Assembly (NCBI RefSeq): GCF_035084215.1
Contig: NC_090333.1
Coordinates: 41,540,001 to 41,604,000 of the forward strand
DNA from: Heptranchias perlo
Taxonomy: Eukaryota
Direction of reading: 5' to 3'
DNA: 64,000 bases
Shown: positions 1 to 14,200 of the stretch, one piece after another
How the letters are laid out: each line of letters opens with the position of its first letter
Position numbering within the stretch: the first letter of the stretch is position 1
Position numbers and translations under genes: made by a program
Notes under the pieces: generated by a model
Told to the model about the DNA's origin: nothing
Databases searched by the model: none
The model's input: the letters and a program-made list of their open reading frames with translations, nothing else

Positions 1-639
1 TGGCGCCTGGGTTGGCAGTTCCCCACTGAATTTCCCTCCTCTGGAACTCCATCTGTGGCTATCCAAAGGCATCCTTGCCCCTTTCACCCAATCTCCTCGC
101 TTTTGCTGCTAGAAACCCATTGCATCATAATAATTGGTACATCTTAACAATCTACAATTTAAAGCTGCCTGTTCCAGATTATATTGCCCAAATCACACCC
201 CGCTGCTCTGACATTCACCTGGATGCTGTTTACACTGTCAGGATACCACCTTCATTTATCTTCTGAAGTCCTCTACAGGACTCTACTCTCCTATTGGACC
301 ACCTCGGACTTGTCTGCTTCTAGGATTTAGCTCTACTGCTGGACCACCAAGGGGTCTTCTGCTTCACCACCCTAATCTTTCTTACCTTGCACTTTGCCCT
401 CTCTCTATTCCTCACCCTACTGACCTTCGTCTTTGTCTCATACTGCCCTCTGACCTTCCCCAACTTACTACCTTAATACCATCTTGCTCTCTGGCTCACT
501 CACTGCCACCTCACCACCAAAGACCTTGCCCTCCACTGCTACAGATTCTCCTCCTTTCTAGACAGATTGACGGACTCCTTCTGCTTCAACCTATGCATTA
601 TTCGCAGCCTCCACCACAGATCTTACTGACTGACATCCA

Positions 640-720
640 AGATTCCATGGCATTAATTGAAGAAGAGCAGGGGTGTCCTGGCCAATTTTTATCCCTCAAC
701 CAACATCACTAAAACAGATT
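640..720 (+). mobile_element. Deu-domain SINE fragment
   Basis: gattccatggca..gaagaagagcagggg..tgtcctggccaatttttatccctcaaccaacatcactaaaacagatt resembles the Deu core as I recall it. Confidence 0.55.
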
Positions 721-2388
721 GGGGGAGAAATTGCATAGCGCAGGTCTGCTGAACTAGGCGCAAGGAATGATTCCTGCGCTGGAACAGGTAGGCCCGAAGT
801 CCGATCGAAATTGGACCTAATTTAAATTAGACCGTGAGCTGCGGGCACCCCCAGGCAGCTCACCGGCGCAACGGACATCAATTTTGGGCTGCTGCAATGC
901 TGGCAGCAGCCCTCAGATAAGTCATGGGAGGGATATCTGCCATTGGAGACAAAGCACTGCCACTGAGCAGGTCTGTGGCCAGAAACCCCTGACTTTTGAG
1001 CAACTGATCATGTAATCAACTAAGCTATGGTGGAGGGAGGGAACATACAAATACCTAGAAAAGTACAGTAGTCAAGCTTTTGCACATTTCATATAAAGGA
1101 AATCAGAATGTTTTGGTGAATTTTTGTGCCCTTCAAAGTGAGGGATCAATTTCTGGTATCCAGTGTTGGCTCAGGTATAGCACAGGACAGATGCAGAATA
1201 AAGCTCTCTTTAGCATTATGGACTGCTTTGTGCTGCAGACTTGTGCCCGCTGGGAACTGATTTCAGACTGATCTGGCTCATTTCAGTTAGGGACACTTAC
1301 AGAGACAAGAGAAAGGAAACTTTCATTCCATCATCCTGCTCTGGGTTCTAACCAAGTTCTGAGAGGACAGATAGGTGAAAGGCAACTGTTTTAACCCAAG
1401 GCACCATCAAGCTCACAAGGGCAATCTGAATTTTCAAGATACTCCTTCATATGAATCCATCCTTACCCCCAAATAATGTGAAAAGGAAGCTAATACTCTG
1501 GAAAAAAGCAGATTTTGAGATTATCTTATTGAAGTTTCCAAGAATATAAAGGAGGTTGGCAAAATTGATCCAGGCAAATTGTTGACTATAGAGAATTCGT
1601 GAATGATTCAAATACCACGGGTACAAGTTAAACATTAGAACATTAAGAGTATGAAGTGAAGCCAGGTGGAACATTTTTACATGAAGGGTAACAGATTTGT
1701 AGAATAAGTTACCAGGGAAAGGCACTGAAGGGAGTAGGTGGGCTTAATAAGCAACTAGATGTATTTCTGGAGTCTGTATTTTTAGCTTTTAGCCTTGATG
1801 TTATTCTTAACTGAGTATTTATCCAGTTCCTTTTATAGTAATTAATGCAATTTAATTAACTACTTTTGATGGGCGTTGTAGGTTAGAATACATTTACAAA
1901 AAGTAGGGGCACAGTATCCTTCTGGTATTTTAGCCAGCTGGTGACAGTGAGCAATGGCAGACTATTCAAACGTGGGCAAGATCACACTTGAGTCTGATCC
2001 TGTCCTCACTTGCTAGCCACATCTGCAGACTTCCACCAGAAGTTACTGGATAGCGATGAGGAGGGAAATTGTGGCTGGTTTTCCCCTCCCCAACCCAGCC
2101 AGTGGAGACAAAAGTTAGGGGATGAATACTTCCTATTGGAGTGGAGTGCCCACACCCTCTCCTCCACGATCGTAGACCAGGTGATTAAGAGATCAGAGCT
2201 CCGGCCTCCGAATACGGGGCTGACATCCAGCAGGGCACTCGCATCAGATGGGGGAGTGGGGTGACGACTCCCTTTGTATCTAGCCGGTCCTCCTGGAATG
2301 GGGTTGTGAGTCAGGCTAATGACCTGCCCACATAAAAAGGGTCTTTGTTATGGAAACAGCCCAGAGCACGATGGTACAGAAGAGAAAG

Positions 2389-3925
2389 GATACAGCAAAG
2401 GCTATGGGCACTGACGACATCCTGGCTGCAGTGCTGAAGACTTGTGCTCCAGAACTAGCTGCGCCTCTAGCCAAGCTGTTCCAGTACAGCTACAACACTG
2501 GCATTTACCCGACAATGTGGAAAATTGCCCAGGTATGTCCTGTCCACAAAAAGCAGGACAAATCCAATCCGGCCAATTACCGCCCCATCAGTCTAGTCTC
2601 AATTGTCAGCAAAGTGATGAAAGGTGTTGTCGACAGTGCTATCAAGCAGCACTTACTCACCAATAACCTGCTCACTGATGCTCAGTTTGGGTTCCGCCAG
2701 GACCACTCGGCTCCAGACCTCATTACAGCCTAAGTCCAAACAAAGACAAAAGAGCTGAATTCCAGAGGTGAGGTGAGAGTGACTGCCCTTGACAACAAGG
2801 CAGCATTTGACCGAGTGTGGCACCGAGGAGCCTGAGTAAAATTGAAGTCAATGGGAATCGGGGAAAACTCTCCAATGGCTGGAGTCATATCTAGCACAAA
2901 GGAAGATGGTAGTAGTTGTTGCAGGCCAATTATCTCAGCCCCAGGACATTGCTGCAGGCGTTCCTCAGGGCAGTGTCCTCGGCCCAACCATCTTCAGCTG
3001 CTTCATTAATGACCTTACCTCCATCATAAGGTCAGAAATGGGGATGTTCGCTGATGATTGCACAGTGTTCAGTTTCATTCGCAACCCCTCAGATAATGAA
3101 GCAGTCCGTGCCCGCATGCAGCAAGACCTGGACAACATCCAGGCTTAGGCTGATAAATGGCAAGTAACATTCATGCCAGACAAGTGCCAGGCAACGATCA
3201 TCTCCAACGAGAGAGTCTAACCACCTCCCCTTGACATCCCCCACCATCAACATCCTGGGGGTCACCATTGACCAGAAACTTAACTGGACCAGCCGTATAA
3301 ATACAGTGGCTACAAGAGCAGATCAGAGACTGGGTATTCTGCGGTGAGTGACTCACCTCCTGACTCCCCAAAGCCTTTCCACCATCTACAAGGCACAAGT
3401 CAGGAGTGTGATTGAATACTCTCCACTTGCCTGGATGAGTGCAGCTCCAACAACACTCAAGAAGCTCGACACCATCCAGGACAAAGCAGCCCGCTTGATT
3501 GGCACACCATCCACCACCCTAAACATTCACTCCCTTCACCACCGGTGCACCGTGGCTGCAGTGCGTACCATCCACAGGATGCACTGCAGCAACTCGCCAA
3601 GGCTTCTTCAACAGCACCTCCCAAACCCGCGACCTCTACCACCTAGAAGGACAAGAGCAGCAGGTACATGGGATCAACACCGCCTGCACGTTCCCCTCCA
3701 AGTCACACACCATCCCGACTTGGAAATATATCGCCGTTCCTTCATCGTCGCTGGGTCAAAATCCTGGAACTCCCTTCCTAACAGCACTGTAGGAGAACCT
3801 TCACCACACGGACTGCAGCGGTTCAAGAAGGCGGCTCACCACCACCTTCTCAAGGGCAATTAGGGATGGTCTATAAATGCTGGCCTCGCCAGTGACACCC
3901 ACATCCCATGAACAAATAAACAAAA
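2389..3925 (+). mobile_element. 5'-truncated non-LTR LINE (CR1/L2-group RT, here 'family B'), frameshifted
   Basis: RT motifs NYRPISL, QFGFR, GVPQGSVLGP and FADD across ORFs 2350, 2906 and 3348. 3' tail ...ctcaagggcaattagggatgg...cacatcccatgaacaaataaacaaaa. Confidence 0.9.
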
Positions 3926-5589
3926 TCCTAGGGTTCGTAAGGAAAATGTAGAACTTACTGCTGCTCCATCAAGATTAGCGAATGCAGCATAGACCAAGCA
4001 ATGGACTTGGGAGTTTCTGAGCCTATATGACTCTCAGCTACTTACTAGACTTTGGTATGCTCACCAATAATCTTAACATACCCAATGCACTTATATAGTT
4101 TTCTTTTTCTGTGAATTTGGATGAATCAGTCATCCAGGAAAGAAACAATTCTGGATTATATAGTCTGAGGTTAACAAGCCTGCCACAACTTTCATATCTA
4201 CCAAATGTAGCCAGTTTTTTTTATTCTCTGGTGCTTAGTTGCAGTCCCTACCAGTTCTTTTACACACAAAAAGTTTTGGTTAATAGGGTAAGTGATTTAG
4301 CACGGCCCTGCAACTAATGACAAATAATGCAAATTTGTTCTGTGTAGTGCGATTTGCTGCCAAAGTTGCATAACAAGTCGCAGAGGCAGTGCAAATATTA
4401 GGAATAACAAATTACATAAAACTATAATGACCAGCCTGGCAAACTATTAATTTCCATTCAGAGGGTGCTTGGCAAATGAGACTAAGCCCACACAAGTTTA
4501 GTTTTTTATATTCTCAGGCAGATCATTTGGTTTAAATAAACTAGGCTGCACAAACTTGCTCATTTTAGAATCAATAACTGTGACCAAATTTAATTCTCCT
4601 AAATAGATCCTAAAGCCTGTAATGTCTGGGTAGGCCAGTTCCCATTTTGTTCGGCCATCTAATTTTGCAATGTCACTTCCACCTGATGCTGGAATGGGCA
4701 GACATATTTAAATGAAGCAGTAATGCTATGATGACACCTTATGTTGCATTTTACATTATTACTGCCTCATTAATACTAGACACAAATCACACCCGTTTAA
4801 AACACATTGCTAGACAGCAAGTGAAAGGGCCCAGCTGTTTTTATAAAAGGATTCATTCTCATTGGATTTTGATTTATTTTTGTTTTTGCTGATGATAACT
4901 GTTTCACCATCTACCTTCATACTGCTGTGGGGCTCCTATTTCTCATCCCCTCACCTGATCTTAAAGAGGCCTACTGGGAATATCCTTTGTATTTTGGAGG
5001 AAGAAGAGGAAGAATAATGGAAGGAGAACAGGCTGGTAGTACTTCATGCTTATGGCACCCACCTACTGGTACCCGCACTCCAGACTATACAGACCAAGGT
5101 GCATCTATCACTAGCTGACCCAGAAGCAGTGCTTGCAGAGGCTGCAACTCACAAGGGAAGCCATCAATGAGATACAATCTGCAGACCAGGTCATTTCCTC
5201 GTTCTCTGATCTAAGCATCTGGGGAACTGGACATTCCCCAGAGACAAGGGTCAGGAAAATTGGCTTTCATATCTTATAGTAACGACACAGAGCCGAGCTG
5301 CTTATGCATATCAGACAGCCAACTTAGTATCACGAGACCATTAGAGGAATGTTGCCATTAGCCATCTCATGTACTCCTGCCACTTGGATTGCATCATGGA
5401 AAAGCAAGAGACTAGGTATAAGAGTTCACACATCACACACTAGCACCAAGGGTAAGCAGACACATGTACATACATCATGAGTTTTGATTAACATTATGAT
5501 TGTACTACAGTTGATGTGCATACCAACATTGTTTTTGGCAAGGTTTGGAAGTGGCTCTGATGAGATCCTCAGTATCTCACCGTTAAAAT

Positions 5590-5915
5590 TCTCATTCGTA
5601 TGTTTAAATCCCTCCATATCTCTGTGACCTCTCCAGCTCTACATCAAGCACTCCCCAATACTTTCCGTTCCTCTGATTCTCGCCTCTAGTTAATTTCCCT
5701 TCTCCCATCACCCCACCATTGGAACATGCCTCCAGATCCCACTCTCTCAGATTCCCTCCCTTAACTCCTCTGCCTCCCTCTGATCCTTTAAGACACTCCT
5801 TTAAAAACCCATCTCTTCAACCAAGCTTTTGGTCACCTCTCTTAATCTCGCTATCTTTAGCTCAGTGTCCATTTTCCTCACACCAGTGTGAGGTGCTATA
5901 TACATTTAAGTTGTT
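5590..5915 (+). mobile_element. L2-type LINE 3' fragment, degenerate
   Basis: tcctttaagacactcctttaaaaacccatctcttcaaccaagcttttggtcacc...gctatatacatttaagttgttg. The same family occurs at 20510, 40085 and 52490. Confidence 0.6.
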
Positions 5916-7120
5916 GGTCCACCCTGGAGCATGTGGCAGCTGCAGGATGATTACAGCAAAGGCCCCACGACTTTTGCCATGGATTCTCAGACTGCTGCCA
6001 TAGAAACCTGACATTCCAGAGTGGGGAGTGCTGTCTCTTCTAGCTTCAAAAGACTTGGTAACTGATTACAGAGAACCATCTGTCAGGGCTAACTTGATAC
6101 CATTAGGTCTGCTTTCTCACAGATCAGCAGCATGGCAGCAATGCACTTACACCATGCTTTCCGTTCCTCTGATTCTTTAAAGAAATGATTGTAACAGTCT
6201 CCAAGAATATGTAGCAGCACATACACGCCCTCCTGTCAGCCCCCTTAGATTTTCCTGCACTTCCTCCTTCCCGCCCCAGCACTGGACAGAAGCACTTTAC
6301 TCCATTACAGCATTACTCCTGTTCAGGCCCACGAGCACTGGGATCTTCTGTTGTGGGCCATTTATACAAGTGAGGGTGATGATTCCTCAGGGGAGTGCAG
6401 TCAGGAGCAAATCCACGGCACCGTGGGTGACTCGGCTGCACAGGGGGACACAAGAAAGTATAGAAATTCAGTTGTTATAGGGGATTCGATAGTCGGGGGA
6501 TAGACAGATGTTACTGCAATCGCAGATGTGAGTCCCGAATGGTATGTTGCCTCCCTGATGCCAGGTTAAAGGATATCGCTGAACATTCTACAAGAGGAAG
6601 GGGAACCGCCCGAAGTCGTGGTGCATGTTGGAACCAATGACGTAGGGAGGTAAAGGGTTGAGGTACTACAGGCAGAGTTTCAGGAACTAGGAAAAAGATC
6701 AAAGAACAGGACCTCAAAGGTGGTAATCTCTGGATTACTCCCAGTGCTACGTGCGAGTGAGTATAGAAACAGGAAGATAGTGCAGGTGAAGCCGTGGTGT
6801 AGGAGGGAGGGCTTCAGATTCTTGAGGCATTGGGACCAGTTCTTGGGCAGGAGGGACCTGTACAAGCCAGACGAGTTGCACCAGAACAGGGCTGGGGCCA
6901 ATGTCCTTGTGGGGAGGTTAACAGGTGCTGTGGGGGAGTGTTTAAACTAATTAGAAAACTAGGAGGGACAAACAGCAACATGATAAAGGATAGTGTAGAA
7001 AAAGCAGAAATGAGATGGAGGAAAAAAGCGAAGCAGATTAGCATGATGTTAATGCTAATCTGGTAACAAATAAGGTTGACGAGCTGCAGGCACAATTTTG
7101 CTATATGGGGTTATGGTATA

Positions 7121-7707
7121 GTTATGCTAAACCTTTATAAAACACTGGTTAGGCCTCAGCTGGGGTATTGTGTCCAATTCTGGGCACCACACTTTAGAAA
7201 GGATGTCCAGGCCTTAGAGAGGGTGCAGAAGAGATTTACTGGAATGATACCAGGGATGAGGGACTTCAGTTATGTGGGGAGACTGGAGATGCTGGGATTG
7301 TTCTCCTTAGAACAGAGAAGGTTAAGGGGTGATTTGCTAGAGGTGTTCAAAATCATGAATGGTTTTGATAGAGTAAATACGGAGAAACTTGTTTCCAGTG
7401 GCAGAAGGATCGGTAAGCAGAGGACGTCAATTTAAGGTGATCGGCAAAAGAGCCAGAGGCGACATGAGGAAACATTTTTTTTACGCAGTGAGTTGTAATG
7501 ATCTGGAATGGACTGCCTGAAAAGGTGGTGGAAGCAGATTCAATAGTAACTTTCAAAAGGGAATTGGATAAATACTTGAAGGGAAATAATTTACAGGGCT
7601 ATGGGGAAAGAGCAAGGGAATAGGACTAATTGGATAGCTCTTTCAAAGAGTCAACAAAGGCATGATGAGCCAAATGGCCACCTGCTGTGCTTTACCCACT
7701 ATATGAT
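7121..7707 (+). mobile_element. CR1 3' fragment nested in the endonuclease region of the larger CR1
   Basis: ORF2 C-terminus (MLNLYKTLVRPQL...) plus tail. The host sequence (tatggggttatg...|...gtggctataacggagac) resumes after it. Confidence 0.8.
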
Positions 7708-8379
7708 AGTGGCTATAACGGAGACCTAGCCTAAACATGGGCAGTAATGGGAGCTAAACATTCCTGGCTACAATGTATTCAGGAGGGATAGGGAAGGAAA
7801 AATGAAAGGAAGGAAGGAGGGGGGTGGCAGTGTTGATCAAGGATAATATCACAGTTCTACAGAGGGAGGATATACGAGAGGGTTCAAAGACTGAATCTAT
7901 TTGGTTAGAGTTAAGGATCAGAAATGAGCTGTTACATTGCTGGGTGTTTACTATAGACCCCCAAATAGTGAGAAGGAGGTGGAGGAGTAAATCTGTCGGC
8001 AAATTTCAGAGAAATGTAAAGATAATAGAGCAGTAATAGTGGGGAACTTCAATTACCCTAATATAGACTGGGGAAGAAACAGCGTAAAGGGTAAGGAGGC
8101 TGAAGAATTCCTAAAATGTGTACAGGAGAACTTCCTTCATCAGGATGTTTCTAGCCCAAAAAGGAAGGAAGCAGTGCTGGATCTGGTTCTAGGGATTGAA
8201 GTAGGCCAAGTGGAATGTGTTTGTGGGAGAACATCTGGGTAATAGTGATCATAATATTATTAAGTTTAAAGTAGTTACGGTAAGGGACAAAGAAAAATTG
8301 AAGGTGAAAATACCTAACTGGAAGAGATACGATTTCAGTGATTTGAGAAGGGATCTAGCACAGGTGGACTGGAAACAAA

Positions 8380-8622
8380 GCGGGTGATTTTAAACCCTAA
8401 GAACGGGTGGGTTAGGGGTGGGTGAGAGTTGAAAATAGTTGTTTCTTGGGTCGCGACCGCAATCCGGCTTTATTTCCGGGTTTAACATCAGCGCGGAAAA
8501 GTACAGACTTCCCACTGGGAATGCAAAGTCCAAAAATGTTGAGATTGAGACCCAAAAAAATACTATTTTCAACTCCCACCAGCCCCCAAACCCACCTGTT
8601 TTTGGGGTTTAAAATCACCCCC
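8380..8622. mobile_element. ~240-bp MITE (Harbinger/Tourist-like) inserted in CR1
   Basis: TIR gcgggtgattttaaacc / ggtttaaaatcaccccc with a 3-bp AAA duplication. Second copy at 40218-40445. Confidence 0.85.
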
Positions 8623-10203
8623 AAAGACTGGGCGAAGAAAACAGTAAATGAGCAATGGCAGGCCTTCAAAGTGGAGATAGTTCGGTTACAAACCAAATAT
8701 ATTCCCATAAGAAGGAAAGATGGGGCATCCAAAGCTAGAGCTCTGTGGATGACAAAGGAAATAGAGGTTCAAATAAAACAGAAAAAGGAGGTTTATGACA
8801 AATGTCAGGTACAGAAAGCAGTTGAAAACCAGGCAGAATACAGAGTGCAGGGGGAAATTGAAAAAGGAATGTAAGAAGGGCAAAGAGAAAATATGAGAAA
8901 AGATTAGCAGGTAACCTAAATAGGAACCCAAAAATCTTTTTATAAACATATAAAAAGTAAAATGATAATTAACAGAATAGTGGGGCCCATTAGGGACAAA
9001 AATTGAATTATTCTTGTCAATGCAGAGAGCATGACTGAAGTATTAATAAGTACTTTGCATCTGTCTTCATAAAAGAGGATGAAGTTAATGTTGCAGTAGA
9101 GGAGGGTGTATAAATATTGGATAGGATAAAAATAGATAGAAAGGAGGTGCTAAATAGGTTGGCATCACTCAAAGTTAACAAGTCACCTGGTCCAGATGGG
9201 ATGCATCCTAGGTTGCTAAGGGAAGCAAGGATGGAGATAGCAGAAGCTCTGACCACAATCTTTCAATTCTCCTTAGGTATGGGAGTGGTGCCAGAGGACT
9301 GGAGGATTGCAAATGTTACATCCCGATTCAAAAAAGGGGAGGGATAAACCTGGCAACTACAGGCCAGTCAGTTTAACGTCAGTGGTGGGAAAACTACAAG
9401 AGACCATTGTCAAGAACAAAATTAATTCTCACTTGGAGAAGCATGGGTTAATAAAGGGACAGCCAAGGGGGTGCAAGAGCAGAGGGACCTGGGGATGCAT
9501 ATTCATAAATCTTTGAAGGTGGCAGGGCAAGTTGATATGGTGGTTAAGAAAGCGTATGGGATAAATGGTTTTGTAAATAGGGGCATTGAATACAAAAACA
9601 AGGAAGTCATGCTAAACCTTTCTAAATCATTGGTTAGGCCTCAGCTGGAGCATTATGTACATGTCTGGGCATCACACTTTAGGAAGGATGTCAAGGCCTA
9701 GGAGATGGTACAGAGGAGGTTTACCAGGATGATACCAGGGATGAGGGACTTCAATTATATGGAGAATGGAGAAATTGGGATTGTTCTCCTTAGAGCAGAG
9801 AAGGTTAAGGGGAGACCTAATGGTGTTATTTAAAATTATGAAGGATTTTGATAAAGCAAATAGGGAGAAACTGTTTCCTCTGGCAAGTGGGTTGGTAAGC
9901 ACAGGTCATAGATTTAAAATAATTGGCAAAAGAACTAGAGGGGAAATTAGGAGAATTTTTTTCACAAAGAGGGTTGTTAAGATCTGGAACGCACTACCTG
10001 AAAGGGTGGTGGAAGCAGATTCCATAGCAACTTTCCGTAGCAACTTTCAAAAGGCAACTGGACAGGTAGTTGAAGAGACTAATTTGCAGGAATATGGGGA
10101 AAAAGCTGGGATGTGGGACTAAATTGGACAGCTCTTTCAAAGAGCTGGCACAGGCATGACAGGCCGAATGGCCTCCTTCTGTGCTGGAAGATTCTATGTG
10201 TGA

Positions 10204-10687
10204 TTAAGTGTTGGCAGAGAGACCTGGTTGATCATCTTCTTCCTTCCCTGCTGCTTCTTGCTGTGTCATATATAGAGGAGGAGAAGGGAGATTAGAATGG
10301 GTTGCTAAGGAGCGGAGTTCACATGTCCCAAACAATGCCTCCCTCCTCTTCCTTATTTGGACCAGCAGTATTCCCACTGTAGCCTCTGAAAACTTGGGGG
10401 CTCTGTGCCCGGCAGCTGACCTCTCAAACATTCTGCAAATCGTTGCAATTTTCGTCCCAAAAAAACCCCGTTATGATGTCTAGTCCTTTAAACTGTTGCA
10501 GGTGTGTAAATCCCGCCCCAAAATAAGTAAACTTCCTCTCAGCGATTTTGTCAATGCAGGAACGTGCCCAGAATATTCAAATTAGATTGACCGCAGAAGC
10601 TTTGGCCGGGTCAGAGAGGTTGGGCAGGCGGTGGTCCTGCCCTGTCACACTTCCCCAGGCGATCGCACCAAAGAGAAAAATCCAGGC
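10204..10687 (-). mobile_element. Harbinger remnant: terminal end plus Myb/SANT N-terminus
   Basis: ORF RAPKFSEATVGILLVQIRKRREALFG is Myb/SANT-like. The end gcctggattttt is flanked by TAA. Confidence 0.6.
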
Positions 10688-11249
10688 TAACGTGTCTATG
10701 TGAAAAAACAGATCAGTTTATTGAATTAAGCAATTCTGTTTTGTTTTCACTTTCAATAAATTCCCCACTTTTAGGAGCTTCTGGAGTGTTGAATTTCTCA
10801 GAATTTTTAACAGAATTCACATTTCCCAGGATAGGATTAGGCAGGAAATTATTAGAAACATTCAGTGCCTTAGGCGGACTGTCTAGGAACTGGCTGAACA
10901 GTGCCTTGTGGTCCAGCATATTGATGCATTTCTGACAATCTTTCAAATCAGGGTCTTCCTTGAAAGGAGATATCATCTGCTTAATAAAAGTACTTTGCTC
11001 AAAAGGCAAGAACTTCATTGCTTTTCTCTTGGCTGTATATGACCCTTCCTCATCTCTGGAGGTTAAAGGGCAGAACTTCAGAACAGGTTTCTGATGCAGT
11101 GTGTCATTACGATCTTAAAAGCGTCTGATTTTTAAGTGAAAATACTACACATGGCACCTATTGTGCTGTCCATCAGTGAGTAGATAGCTAGTTCACTGCA
11201 GTAAAGATGGATGAGAGATACACACTGACAGAAAACTTATCCTGTTCAG

Positions 11250-14200
11250 ATTTTATTATTTCTAGTGAAAGCCAAGTAAACATTATTGTTGTAGTGTATG
11301 CAAACACCTTACTGCTCTGGAGTTGTTATTTTTTGTATTACACAGGCATATTTTTAGCATTTTGAGGTGCTTACTTTGGTCAGATACATTTACAATGACT
11401 CATAGCAGGATTTTGTAAATAGCATTACAATGCGCTAAAGAATCCTCAGCATATGTCAACATACTTTCCATAAAGTTCCTGTTTACTTAACAGGGTAAAG
11501 CTTAGCAAAAAAATAGAAATCAGCTTAGAAACATTTGGCAAATAAAGAACTAACTCCTCTTTTGAGTTCTACATAGTTACCAAAAGAAAAGCAATAAGAG
11601 TTACCTGATCTCAGTCAGCGGAGGTGCTACAATACGTAAACACTGGGTGAGCACAGGTTTGGGTCAAACCCTGATGCCCCCTCATTGAATAACCTGCTAA
11701 TACTCATTGTCTAACCTCACATGTGAAGAATAACTCAGGGGAGATACCCGAGATCTGCCCATGGAATCACAACCTAGTTAGCAGCTTGTGGAGAGGAGGG
11801 GACAAAGTTAGAGTGGGCAGAAAATAATAGAAAACCCTTGCACTATTAATAATAATCTTAAAACATTCTGAATTGAAGAAATGGCATTTTAATTTATGTT
11901 CAGAATCTTAACTCACATACATACAAATTTCCTTAGCTTTCCACAACAAAGTAATTCATATAATTTACATTGATACAAAATAAAACAAATTACAGCTCAT
12001 CAGAAACAATCACTGCATTAAGTAAATTGATCTGACAAACTATTTTTGCAGTATTATATATCTCTCTCATGGATCTTTTCATCATGTTTCCTCAAAGTTC
12101 TATAATTAAACATTTGAGTGTATATGCAAAATATTTTCAAGCAAATACTCTTCTTTGAGTAGAAAGAGAACAAAAAGCTGCTGTTCACCACCACAAATAA
12201 ACATGTAAACACACAGGAAATTTAGCTTTATTTTTGCTATTTTTAATGAAAAAGAAAGCAGCATACACACAGCAACACTGTAAGGCCCGTATCGTAACAG
12301 AATGACTGGTAGTGATAAATTTAATGTCACTTTATTTTTTATATCGCTGATTTAAAGCATAAAAGAGTGACTTACATATATGACAAAATATGGCACTAGT
12401 CTGTGCTGTTGTGGTTTGAATGAATGTTACTAACTTTTTATCCCAGCCTCTTGCTTGAAGTCCACTCTCAGAAATGCTGGACCTGTGATTCCTGCACAGT
12501 GAGCTCCTAATTTCAATCATTTCATTGTGAATTTCATAAATTGAGACCCAAAGGCACAAGGCAGCAAATCTGCCAAAGGACACAGGTGAGGCGCAAATGG
12601 GCCCAGGCCATATTACACTGGAACATTTAACATGGCCCCAGGTATAAACTGTTTATTTTTAAACAAAATATTTCATACATGCCAACCTGGAAAACAAGCA
12701 GAAGCTGACCAACAGCTTCTATAATGCTGACACAGCTCTGAAAAAACTGACAGCTCAACAACAGCTGCGACATGTGAAGACAAAGAGTTAGACAGAGTCC
12801 AACGGGCCATGGGACTGTCATAACCTAAGCAACATTCAATTACTTTTACTGCAGTACACAAAAGCACAATTAGCAGCAGTGGTGATTTAGAAATTCATGA
12901 GGGGGATGTGAGTGCTGAAGGCATGAGAATTATTTTCTATGGGGGCATGCTCACCAGAACATTTTGATTTTTGACAACTGATTTGGTGCATTTATTGGAA
13001 GCTCTGTGCTTACTGCAATTTTGACTATGAATCTCAGTATAATTTTTTTAATTAAGTAAAACGCATTATCATACTAACCCCACTCCCAATCTTATTTTCA
13101 AACCCTGGCAATTCCACAAGTGCAGTGACAATAATTATCAAATAAAGCCAGTTAATGTATTCACATCAGGGAATATTCAACTTATACCAAAAAAGCAGCT
13201 GCAACCAATATTGAAAAAAATAAACTTCACATAAGACATTTTAGCAACTTATTTGTAACTTCCGTGGAGGCAAACACTAGATAAACAGACCTCTAGCTGG
13301 GACTCTAAGAAACCAAAGGGGAATTTTAACTCCCATGCCCGGCAGGAACGGTGCAGGCAGGGGGTTAAGATGGTGGGGCTATTCACGCCGCGTTCCCGCA
13401 CCCCCCACCCCCTATATTTTTAATTAGCCTGAAATAAGGCAGGGACGATCGCCTGCCCCAAAGGATTGGGGGCCTAATTTAAGAGGCAAAGTCTCGTCCC
13501 AATGTGTCATCGCGACGTGCACGCCATTCTAACTATGGGACTGACTAAGGGCAAAACCGTCTCAAACCTACCGGCCAGAATCGTGGGGGCCCGGGTAAGT
13601 GTAACTTTTTAAAAAACTTCTAAAGGTTGCTTGTGGGCCAGGAGGAGCAGGGATACTCTTCCTGGCCCCACAAGGATACCTTGGACCTCCTCTTCCCCAA
13701 GCTTCCTGCTTATCCTCTATTTCGGACTTCCCTCATTCCTTACTCACCTTGCTGGCGACTGTTTCTGTCGGTCCCTGTTGGTGCCCTGACCCCCCCCACG
13801 AATTTTGACTCCCGCCCAGTGGCGGTGATGTAATTCCCGCTGGCTTCAGGAATTGTTAGTGAAGACAAAACTCCCGGGACTTGAGCTCTGTGGGGGCCAG
13901 ATGGTACGCTTCTCGCTTTGGCCCCCGCACCGACGATTCCTGCCCCAAGTTAAAATCAGGGCTTAAGAGTTCATTTTAACTTTTTCTGACTGAAGTTTGT
14001 GGACAACAAATAATGGGAGAAAGTAAAATCTGACTGGTTCCAGCTCCGCCTTCCATCTATTTGGTTCTGAAAGGCTCCAGTCTCACCTTCTGAATTGTCT
14101 GATTGGTTCATACTGCCAATCTCCAATGCCTGTGAAAAAAGTTGATTTTCTTGTAAAGACTGACAAGTTGACAGATGAGTCAAAAAGCTGCTGTCTGCTT

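Larger units (their letters stand above)
6340..10200 (+). mobile_element. Long degenerate CR1 LINE (ORF1 SGNH-esterase, ORF2 endonuclease/RT) with an internal deletion and two nested insertions
   Basis: ORF1 motifs IGDSIV and VVVHVGTND. EN motifs GNFNYPNIDW and LDLVL. RT motifs KSPGPDGMHP and NYRPVSLTSV. RT core is missing near 9470. 3' tail ggccgaatggcctccttctgtgctggaagattctatg. Confidence 0.9.

Noticed and set aside
2160-2385. RTE-like 5' UTR or structured RNA ahead of the LINE
   Set aside because: Only a vague resemblance (gggttgtgagtcaggctaatgacctgcccacataaaa). I could not build a convincing structure.
2350-3863. RT ORFs as a retron, DGR or other RT-based system
   Set aside because: These are ordinary fragmented LINE ORF2 pieces with typical 3' tails, repeated many times in the window.
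1-10700. Exons of a convergent neighbour such as KANK4
   Set aside because: I found no ankyrin-repeat or other host-like exon. The region is almost entirely repeat-derived.
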